IMG/VR virus record: IMGVR_UViG_3300045592_000030
DNA from: a virus
Direction: 5' to 3' (one strand)
DNA length: 64,000 bases
A program made the translations under genes and the position numbers. The notes beneath the pieces are model-generated. The model was not told the DNA's origin. It worked only from the letters and a program-made list of their open reading frames with translations, and ran no database searches. Within the stretch, counting starts at the first letter, position 1. Each line of letters begins with the position of its first letter. Below, piece by piece: positions 6,756-14,533 of this stretch.

Positions 6756-7976
6756 TTATGCCCAATTATTATCGAACTCACTTATCATAAGCCATCCAGC
6801 CCCATGCTTATCTGATGATATCAAAGGATTTGTAAACTCTCTGATATTTATAAATGTTTGTACTTTACCACCAGATAGTAACCAATCTGGATTTCCATTA
6901 ATGTTTAGAAAAACGTTATTGTATGTATCATGTGCATTTACAACTGTTACTTTTTTGCCAGTCCCTCCTGCAAGCATTTCGTAATGATAGTAAGTACTAT
7001 TGTCAAATATTAATAAATCAACTGGGAAACCATATATATCTGCTAATGTTGCATTACCATAAGCCGAAGAATATCCAGTGCTAGAGTCTGGATATAGGGG
7101 AACGTAGTATCCACCAACACCATTCGATTGAAGATCAAATCTTACATAAGAGTTAGTATCTCCATTAACGTAATAGTCTATAACAGTGTCATGTACTCTA
7201 GCCATATTTAGACAAGTAGTTCCGAACGACCCTCTACATCTAATATTACCTGAATAAAATCTTAATGTACGGCTGTTTTTTGTTCCTTGCTGGCTAATAT
7301 CTTCATTCTCGAACGTCATTCCATGTGTTCCAAATACTAATCTACCACTAGAGCCAACTCCTTGTAGATAATTAAATGTCCCGCTCACACCATTTAAAGT
7401 TCCACTAATACGACAGTCCCTTACTTCACTGTCTCCAGTTATCAGCATCTTAGTAGCTACAACTGACCCATCTTCAGAAACACGATATGGTGCTGTAGCA
7501 GGGTCACTTCCTCCTATCCAAAGTCTTACGTCATTGCTTTCTGTACTAAAACCACTTAAACCACCTACAATATTAAAATCACTATCCATTAGTAATAGTT
7601 GATTACCTTGCAAAAACTTAATCTTTGCATTCTTAGCGATAATGAGAGATGTAAATATTGCTGTGACATTAGCAGAGAATTGTTCCCAGTATGTATTTCC
7701 TCCAGTAGTTCCCGGTTTATTGCTAGCATTAGCAGTATGATCTTGCAGACATAAATAAGCATCCCATCCTGTAGTAGCGTTACTGTTAGCTATAAGAGCT
7801 ACATCAATATATCTTATTCCGTCTTGCTTTACGTTAGATTGATTAAGATACTGTGTACCTTCTACCCATTCACTGTCACGTATTACACAACCTTGTATTC
7901 CTTGGTCTCCCTTCTCACCAGTCGCACCCTTCCTCGCCCGCTTGACGGTGGTTGAACCCATTGCTATTAATGACAT
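6756..7976 (-). CDS. Tail fibre / receptor-binding protein candidate (AT-rich cassette)
   Basis: The N-terminal motif MS-I--GS-TVKR-R-G is shared with 13090..14259. Short collagen-like GATGEKGDQGIQG. Last structural gene of the operon. Confidence 0.55.
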   Translation of the reverse strand: MSLIAMGSTTVKRARKGATGEKGDQGIQGCVIRDSEWVEGTQYLNQSNVKQDGIRYIDVALIANSNATTGWDAYLCLQDHTANASNKPGTTGGNTYWEQFSANVTAIFTSLIIAKNAKIKFLQGNQLLLMDSDFNIVGGLSGFSTESNDVRLWIGGSDPATAPYRVSEDGSVVATKMLITGDSEVRDCRISGTLNGVSGTFNYLQGVGSSGRLVFGTHGMTFENEDISQQGTKNSRTLRFYSGNIRCRGSFGTTCLNMARVHDTVIDYYVNGDTNSYVRFDLQSNGVGGYYVPLYPDSSTGYSSAYGNATLADIYGFPVDLLIFDNSTYYHYEMLAGGTGKKVTVVNAHDTYNNVFLNINGNPDWLLSGGKVQTFINIREFTNPLISSDKHGAGWLMISEFDNNWA

Positions 7977-7982
7977 ACGCTT

Positions 7983-8273
7983 TTATTTGTTATATCTAAA
8001 GAACATCCATCCGAATAATCGGACTAAAGAATAATACACATAGGCCATGATACGCTGAAAGGCATTATGGCTGGCAGATAGACATGCACAGAGAAACAGC
8101 AAATCATAGGCATAACGATCCTCGCCATCGCCGAGTGTATCGTAGCACTCATCATGCTGGCGTGCTGCCTTGTCAAACGTCTTGCGGCATGGAAGCAAAA
8201 AGCGCAACCACACCGGGCCGACACCCAGGCCATTCACACCCTCATGCCATAAAAAACCTTTCATCGTCATCAT
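7983..8273 (-). CDS. Small protein with phospholipase A2-like motifs
   Basis: GLGVGP ... FDKAARQHDECYD resembles the parvovirus-type YxGxG / HDxxY PLA2 signature. First ATG at 8273. Confidence 0.45.
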   Translation of the reverse strand: MMTMKGFLWHEGVNGLGVGPVWLRFLLPCRKTFDKAARQHDECYDTLGDGEDRYAYDLLFLCACLSASHNAFQRIMAYVYYSLVRLFGWMFFRYNK

Positions 8274-8279
8274 CAACCA

Positions 8280-8951
8280 TTACTTAGAAGTGGAACTTGC
8301 TTTTGCAGAGCTTGCGCTGTCGTTAACCGCAGATGCTCCTTCCGTGCTTTCGTTTGTCGTCTTTCCATCATCCATGCTTGCCTTAGTCGTGAACGACGGC
8401 TTTTCAGGATAGCCCTGCTTGTAGTCGTAGGCCAACACTTTCTCGATGCCGGTAAGTGTATCGGACTTAACAGCTGCCTTGTGAGCCTCGGTGTTGTCGT
8501 AACACTGACACGCATACACCTCTATGGCGTTGAGCATCGTCAGTGCGTCGCTGACATCAAGATTGAACACGTAGCTGCCATAATGGATATAAGTCTTGTC
8601 AATGCCGCTTGCCTGTTCAGCCGCGAAACGCTGTCGCAATGCCAGCCGCGTGTCTCTGTCAAGCCATATCTCCTTGCCGTCGATAGTAAGAGAGTTCACG
8701 GCGGAGGATTTGTCGTAGGCGGAAATCTCGCTCAGTATAAGATCTTTCAGCCGTGGCATCACATCCTGCTCAGAAAGAACATTCAAGAGCTTTACACCAT
8801 CATAGACATATTCCGCCACAGTGCCGTTGGTCTGATTGCCATCAGCATCAAAGACAGGATGCTCCTCGACGGTCTCGTTAATCAATACATAAGCCTGTTT
8901 GTTGCTCAACGTAACCTGCTTCTGCGGTTCTGAAAATCTGTATTTTTCCAT
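8280..8951 (-). CDS. Hypothetical protein, possibly a DUF4376-like fibre-assembly factor
   Basis: Sits between the RT and fibre genes and has a Ser/Ala/Thr-rich tail. The family call is by eye only. Confidence 0.5.
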   Translation of the reverse strand: MEKYRFSEPQKQVTLSNKQAYVLINETVEEHPVFDADGNQTNGTVAEYVYDGVKLLNVLSEQDVMPRLKDLILSEISAYDKSSAVNSLTIDGKEIWLDRDTRLALRQRFAAEQASGIDKTYIHYGSYVFNLDVSDALTMLNAIEVYACQCYDNTEAHKAAVKSDTLTGIEKVLAYDYKQGYPEKPSFTTKASMDDGKTTNESTEGASAVNDSASSAKASSTSK

Positions 8952-8971
8952 AATTGTTATTGTTTTAATCG

Positions 8972-10897
8972 TTAATATATCAAATTCTTAAACTCATCCA
9001 TCGACGCAAGACTCTGTACGGCATCCTGCTCGCTGACATGATATTCTTTGTAAAATATCTTGTTATTTTCGGAGCATTTATGCAAACGTTGATGTATCGA
9101 TGCCTTACCTTCATTCACAAGCATATAAAACTCAACGATTTCGAGGCTGCTTTCCGGTGAATGACAAAGTACAGGCTCCTGCTTACCCGGCAGAATAGCA
9201 AGATATAGCAACTTCACGTAATATGATTTTGGTACTTGCTTCAATGCTTTATCAACCGAAATATGCTTTTCCTCTGCAAGTTTCGCGGCATTCTCCTTCA
9301 TCCGCAAGTCGGACACAATTAGTTTGTATTCCACGGGGATGACAACCGTTCCATCAGGCAAATCCGCATGTTTTTTCTTGCAGCCCTTCTGAATAGTTGA
9401 AGAAACTCCTTTCTTATTGGTGAAAATCATACGATGCTCGATTAAATATTGTAGATGTTTGCTATCAGTCTTATCAAGAATACCTTTATAGCCGGCATAG
9501 TGCTGTTTGCCTTTGCGAAAAGCGCGAATGCTCCTGCGCCGTATCTCTGCACGAGGCTTCACAAAGCTGCGGAAGAAATCATATTTACAGAAGCGAAAGC
9601 CATCATCGACTTTCTTTATCTGATAATCATTCTTCACAGTTAATGAATAGCGTCCTTCGTAGAACGACATTTGAAACGACATAGCTTCGCGCACCACCTG
9701 CTTATCATAACTGCCTATCAACCGATTGTCGCCAAAGCAACAGAAAAAGACGTGATAACGCTGCAAGATAATACTATCGCATTCTGCTATCGTTATCATC
9801 GCCATCAGTTGCGAGAGGCAACCACCAATCGGAAGTTTTACGGTTTTAGAAAAAGCCGTTACAAACAGCCAGCGAAGATAAGGACAAACGATCGTTTGAA
9901 ACATCACCGAGAAAACAACCTGTATGGAGGTATTTTCATAGAAATGCTTAATATCCGTCAATCCTACGTATGCTCCTGGATGTGTATCAACCCAATGGCG
10001 TATGATATTAATCATACAATACTTCGGATCGTTGGATAACATCGAGCGTCCCTTGATGCCGCTGTACACATTCCTCACGAGCTTATTGCGGAACTTCTGC
10101 TCCACGACAATCAGAAGAATATTCTGTACGATGCGGTCAAAGACATCCGAAATATCCGCGTTTCTGTCCTTATCACCCTTACCACGCTTATGAATAATAC
10201 GTCGCTCATTCGGTAATGGCTCATAGGTCTGAGTAGCTAACAGATACCAGATATAAGCGCAAACTTCTAAACGATGAACTTCGTACCAATTCTTGACAGG
10301 CTTAGAGCAATGTGTGCGTTCCATCGTGCGGTCAAATCCAGCGAGGATTATCTCACGTGATAGAACAAATCTCCGCATATTTTTCAGTTTCCTTTTCGAG
10401 TTGGCTGTCTTGAGTTCTTTAAAAATCGGGTCGTCTTGCCGGTAGCCCGTTGCGTTGCTTTCCGCTTTCACCTCGTCGCTACCCCAAAAAGGAAGTTCTG
10501 AGCCGTAATCACACCGCCCATACGCACCAGTGGCCGCATGGTCTTCCGTTATCTTTAGGCTTGCTGCCTGCGATGCGAGGGATTCCCTGTTTATGATATT
10601 CACTACCGCTTTGACAGCCGAAGCCCCGACGTAATTGTCATTGCCATTACCTGCGTGGTTGTTACCATTCAAAGTCCGAACCGAAGGATTCGGATTCCAA
10701 GTGTTGAGGTTACAACCGACGACGGAGCCGTCATCCTCGCCTTCGCTCTTCGATAAGGTTTCATCGGTATCGTTGTTCGTAAGGAAGGGATTGCCTTGCG
10801 ATACCGCGTCTGCCTTACCGTCAACCCACAGTTGATAGTACGAGAGTATTTCTTTAGCTCTCGGCACACAATCGTAGATATGTTTTTTCTTACTCAT
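8972..10897 (-). CDS. DGR reverse transcriptase with a long N-terminal extension that contains the TR
   Basis: RT motifs: RIIHKRGKGDKDRNADISDVFDRIVQ, VYSGIKGRS, LTDIKHFYE, LPIGGCLSQ (DGR-type SQ motif), and FGDN in place of YxDD. The first ATG after the TR is at 10378. Confidence 0.8.
   Translation of the reverse strand: MSKKKHIYDCVPRAKEILSYYQLWVDGKADAVSQGNPFLTNNDTDETLSKSEGEDDGSVVGCNLNTWNPNPSVRTLNGNNHAGNGNDNYVGASAVKAVVNIINRESLASQAASLKITEDHAATGAYGRCDYGSELPFWGSDEVKAESNATGYRQDDPIFKELKTANSKRKLKNMRRFVLSREIILAGFDRTMERTHCSKPVKNWYEVHRLEVCAYIWYLLATQTYEPLPNERRIIHKRGKGDKDRNADISDVFDRIVQNILLIVVEQKFRNKLVRNVYSGIKGRSMLSNDPKYCMINIIRHWVDTHPGAYVGLTDIKHFYENTSIQVVFSVMFQTIVCPYLRWLFVTAFSKTVKLPIGGCLSQLMAMITIAECDSIILQRYHVFFCCFGDNRLIGSYDKQVVREAMSFQMSFYEGRYSLTVKNDYQIKKVDDGFRFCKYDFFRSFVKPRAEIRRRSIRAFRKGKQHYAGYKGILDKTDSKHLQYLIEHRMIFTNKKGVSSTIQKGCKKKHADLPDGTVVIPVEYKLIVSDLRMKENAAKLAEEKHISVDKALKQVPKSYYVKLLYLAILPGKQEPVLCHSPESSLEIVEFYMLVNEGKASIHQRLHKCSENNKIFYKEYHVSEQDAVQSLASMDEFKNLIY
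10610..10731 (-). repeat. DGR template repeat (TR)
   Basis: 122 nt aligning without gaps to 11096-11217 (offset 486). Contains 30 coding-strand adenines and 10 AAY codons. Confidence 0.9.
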
Positions 10898-11086
10898 TTG
10901 TCCCTTTAAAGAAACTGAACTGCTTTCGCACGTATGGCTACGCGTCGCGCCGCTAAGCCGCGGCGCAACACTGCCGCCATCTTTCAGCTATTGGCCATTT
11001 GCCTTATGCTTGTGGCCGTAATCTCGTTAAGCCACTGCTCACATTTACAATTCGTATATTATTAATGTTAATTGTTCTCTTTTTAA

Positions 11087-13057
11087 TTATGCTATCAAGA
11101 CAGCCGAAGCCCCGACGTAAAAGTCAAAGCCATAACCTGCGTGGTTGTGACCATCCAAAGTCCGAACCGAAGGATCCGGACTCCAAGTGTTGAGGAAACA
11201 ACCGACGACGGAGCCGTGTACCTGTCGTTTACCGACACCGGCGTTATTGGTCGCATACGTCCATAGATAACAATTCTCGTAGGTTCGGGCACCGCCGCCA
11301 ACGGTCTTTGCACAGAAGAGCGAAAGGGCATAGTTGCTTGTCGCAACCCAAGCCTCATTAGCCAGGACCGATGGATAAGCATAACGCTGCGACAAGCCTT
11401 TTTCGATGTCTGCCTCGCCATCTATATCAGCCTCGTAACCGAAAGACTTTCGAGCGGGAAGATCATCAATACTGGCCGTACAGCGAAATTCCATTGACAA
11501 GTTACTGCTTGCATCTTGCTTGATAACATAGAAAGCACCGTCCGTCTGTTCAAAGCAACCATACGCATACGGCAGTATCTTGCCACGGTAAACGGGCATA
11601 GAACGTTTCAAGATAGCTTTTTTGCCAGTCAGTGAAGTGCCGTCAGAAGTCAGCGTCATACCGTCGGCAAACTCCATCAGCGTATAACTGTTCACGACAG
11701 CCGTCATCACACCATCTGCCATACCTTCACAATTAGGCACATCGCGCACAATGAAGTAATGCTTTAGAGCAGTCATACCCGTACCAGTGCTCACATCAAT
11801 ACTGCCATCAGTAGAGCATTTCATCTTACCGTCATCGCCATAATAGAAAATATGGCTCTTGCTGCCTATCATAGAGATAAGTCCGGCAGCGGAAATAGCA
11901 TCGAGAACACGTTGTGGCTCCAGCATCTCGACAATGCCATAATTACTATTGCCAGCGATACCTTGTACAAGTCCGTATTTAGTGCCGCTATTGGTAATAG
12001 CCGAATCGCCCCATGTATTATAATAACGTGCATCTGTGTTCGACACGATTACCTTCCATCCGCTGTTACCGCTGACAGCATCATCATTAAAAGTTGTAGC
12101 ATTCACACTGTCAAGTGGTGTAAGTCCTGCACCGAAACAGTTCAATGCCGTTTCGTTAAGCGTGCCGATTTCTGCATAGAGCAAAGCACACCATGCCTCG
12201 TAGAACTCATAATACTCACCTAAATAAGGTGTGCGAGTCAACGGATCGGTATTCTTTGCCTGTGCACGCTGTATGCTCTGTACGCAAGACGTGAACTGCG
12301 TAGGATAGCCGCCACCGCTCTTTTTATAAGAAGCCTTAAAGATACCATTAGGCGCGTCATAGGTTCCTGCAACAGCGGTGTTGTAGATACAATGCTGCTG
12401 TGTGTTAGTATCGCCGCTGAGCTTGCCATATACCTCGCCCATCGCACAAATACCATGTTTCGGCAACAGTTTTGCCATCTTGCCGTTCCAATAAGCCGGT
12501 ACAAGGCCAATACCCATGACATTAGTCTCTTTATCATCAACTGTCTTAGTATCTTTGAGAAGATACGGCTTGGTGTCCCAACAAAGATACAGATCCCCGT
12601 CGCTTCCATCTATTGCCACCGTGTCGCCATTTGTGGCCTTAGTCAGGCAAGTACCTTCAAGCGTATGCTGCTTCGCTCCGCCTTTTACAGTGCACAAGTG
12701 CAGATGCGATCCGATTTCATGTATAAGCGATTTGCTGCCATAAGTTGTAGCCGCATCCGGAGACTGCGCACCATTCTGACGTGCGAAACCGGCAAACTGA
12801 TTTTTCTCGGAAAATGCCGCCATCAACGCGGCAAACTGCGAAACGGTATCAGATGCTTTCTGTGCGGCTGATGTCGCCGACTCCGCCGCCGTGCGAGCCT
12901 CCGCAAGATCTCCTGCTGTATTGTCGCCCACTTTTTCAGTGAGCGTTTTAATTGTTACTCTGCGCACATGCCCATCTCTCTCGGCCACCACCGCGTCGGT
13001 GTCCTGTGGGTCGGTGATAAGGGTTGCGGTACCCAAGTCTTTAATTTTGCTTTCCAT
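11087..13057 (-). CDS. DGR target: tail fibre-like receptor-binding protein
   Basis: 656 aa in the fibre module, with the VR at its extreme C-terminus (...GSVVGCFLNTWSPDPSVRTLDGHNHAGYGFDFYVGASAVLIA). Confidence 0.8.
   Translation of the reverse strand: MESKIKDLGTATLITDPQDTDAVVAERDGHVRRVTIKTLTEKVGDNTAGDLAEARTAAESATSAAQKASDTVSQFAALMAAFSEKNQFAGFARQNGAQSPDAATTYGSKSLIHEIGSHLHLCTVKGGAKQHTLEGTCLTKATNGDTVAIDGSDGDLYLCWDTKPYLLKDTKTVDDKETNVMGIGLVPAYWNGKMAKLLPKHGICAMGEVYGKLSGDTNTQQHCIYNTAVAGTYDAPNGIFKASYKKSGGGYPTQFTSCVQSIQRAQAKNTDPLTRTPYLGEYYEFYEAWCALLYAEIGTLNETALNCFGAGLTPLDSVNATTFNDDAVSGNSGWKVIVSNTDARYYNTWGDSAITNSGTKYGLVQGIAGNSNYGIVEMLEPQRVLDAISAAGLISMIGSKSHIFYYGDDGKMKCSTDGSIDVSTGTGMTALKHYFIVRDVPNCEGMADGVMTAVVNSYTLMEFADGMTLTSDGTSLTGKKAILKRSMPVYRGKILPYAYGCFEQTDGAFYVIKQDASSNLSMEFRCTASIDDLPARKSFGYEADIDGEADIEKGLSQRYAYPSVLANEAWVATSNYALSLFCAKTVGGGARTYENCYLWTYATNNAGVGKRQVHGSVVGCFLNTWSPDPSVRTLDGHNHAGYGFDFYVGASAVLIA
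11096..11217 (-). repeat. DGR variable repeat (VR)
   Basis: 14 mismatches to the TR, all at TR adenines. Covers the last 41 codons of ORF 11087..13057. GC-rich 3' end cgtcggggcttcggctgtc is identical in both copies. Confidence 0.9.
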
Positions 13058-13089
13058 ATTATTTGTTCTTTTATGATTTTACGTATAAA

Positions 13090-14259
13090 TTAAGATGCTG
13101 CGGAAGTGGAATCCAACTCGAACTGTACGGTACCGGCCACATCAATATCGCACATTACCGTTGTCTTGTTCCCGGCATTATCCGTCACATCGTAATCGGT
13201 ATCGCTGGTACTGATGGTAACATCCTTCGTCTTTACCGTGCGCACATCAACGAAGTTAGCTCCGTTGTCCTGCAAGCGATAAATATGGTGTTCCCATGTA
13301 TCATTTACGATTTTGATGAGTTTTCCAGTGCTCATCTGTACTACAGCCGGAGTCAGTCCTACGCTTTCGCCATCATCGACCTGCTGCTTGGTCGCATCAG
13401 TGTAACTATATACAATCTTGAATGGGTCTGTTGTATCAAGCACATCAAAACCAACGGTATAAACGTACTTTGTAACATCAGTAACACCTTCCGGATAGAA
13501 ATAGACAACAAATGTAGTCTGTCCGTCCACATCATCCACGCCGATAGCGTTATCCTTCTTTTCCTGCAAGGCAGATGCCGCTGTTACGCTCAGCTTCTTT
13601 GTATTCTTAAGCAAGTCATAGTCAGCCTTGCAGATAAGATAGCCGAACTTCACAGCATCTCCGCCATAGAGCAAAGAAAACGTTAGACCGATATGGTCGG
13701 ATGTTGTGTTGAGTGAATCCGTAGAAACGCCATCGCTTTCAGCTACGAGATTACCCGTCAATCCGACGATGCCGACATACGAACCTGCGCTCAGTGGCGA
13801 GATGATTACGTCGATGCTTCCGCTTACAGGCTGCTCCTGTGCACCGGCGCAACGAGCATCACAAGAGAATGTCAGCGTGTCGTTGCTGTCATTGTCCTTG
13901 CTCGCAAGGTTGCCGATGATAACCAGCGTATAGCTGCCATCGGTGAGCATCTTGAACTTGTCTGTATAACCCGTTGTCGTACACGCGCCATTAGCATCAA
14001 AAGCCAATTCGATATTAAGGTATTTCCATTTTGCAGTGCCATCCACGATGGTAACGGGCTGTTTGTTCGTTGCCTCCAGTACCGGCTTAACCTGCGGACG
14101 ATTGGAATCCTCAATGATTTTACTCCAGTCTGGCGTTACCGCTCCTGCCGAGTTCACACCCTGGTAGAGGGCCACGCCAGTAGGCATCTCGAAGTGCATT
14201 GCTATGGTATATCCACGGCGCAAACGCTTCACAGTGATAGAACCTGTTGTTATTGACAT
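13090..14259 (-). CDS. Virion structural protein (fibre/baseplate-associated)
   Basis: 389 aa, beta-rich. N-terminus MSITTGSITVKRLRRG is paralogous to that of 6756..7976. Confidence 0.6.
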   Translation of the reverse strand: MSITTGSITVKRLRRGYTIAMHFEMPTGVALYQGVNSAGAVTPDWSKIIEDSNRPQVKPVLEATNKQPVTIVDGTAKWKYLNIELAFDANGACTTTGYTDKFKMLTDGSYTLVIIGNLASKDNDSNDTLTFSCDARCAGAQEQPVSGSIDVIISPLSAGSYVGIVGLTGNLVAESDGVSTDSLNTTSDHIGLTFSLLYGGDAVKFGYLICKADYDLLKNTKKLSVTAASALQEKKDNAIGVDDVDGQTTFVVYFYPEGVTDVTKYVYTVGFDVLDTTDPFKIVYSYTDATKQQVDDGESVGLTPAVVQMSTGKLIKIVNDTWEHHIYRLQDNGANFVDVRTVKTKDVTISTSDTDYDVTDNAGNKTTVMCDIDVAGTVQFELDSTSAAS

Positions 14260-14271
14260 AGCTTTAAGACA

Positions 14272-14466
14272 TTATTTGTGTGATACCCCTCCTATGAGTT
14301 TACCATCAAGAGCGGCCATGCGCTCGTCGATGTCGCCTTGAAGAAGGGGAGAGGTAACGACCTCCTTCTCGGTCAATATCAATTTTCCGTCAGCGGATAG
14401 TGTGTGAATAGAATCAGAAAATCCTATCGACACCGCCTTATCTTTGTCTGCTAAAATATAGTTCAT
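14272..14466 (-). CDS. Hypothetical small protein
   Basis: 64-aa ORF with an ATG start inside the structural operon. Confidence 0.45.
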   Translation of the reverse strand: MNYILADKDKAVSIGFSDSIHTLSADGKLILTEKEVVTSPLLQGDIDERMAALDGKLIGGVSHK

Positions 14467-14470
14467 AGTG

Positions 14471-14504
14471 TGTAGTGTATTAATGTATGTAGTGTATTAA
14501 TGTA
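14471..14504. repeat. 17-nt tandem repeat x2 (plus a degenerate third copy) in an intergenic gap
   Basis: tgtagtgtattaatgta at 14471-14487 and 14488-14504. Confidence 0.85.
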
Positions 14505-14533
14505 TAATGTGTAGTGTGTAATGACGATAAGCA

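Noticed and set aside
9725-9736. The GDN triplet as evidence of an RNA-dependent RNA polymerase.
   Set aside because: All surrounding motifs (DRIVQ, GRS, DIKHF, LPIGGxxSQ) and the adjacent TR/VR pair are characteristic of DGR reverse transcriptases. GDN alone is not diagnostic.
10885-10897. TTGTCCCTTTA on the plus strand next to the RT-ORF start codon, resembling the late nonamer.
   Set aside because: It is in the opposite orientation, no -7 box lies 18 nt downstream, and it overlaps the ATG context. Probably coincidence.
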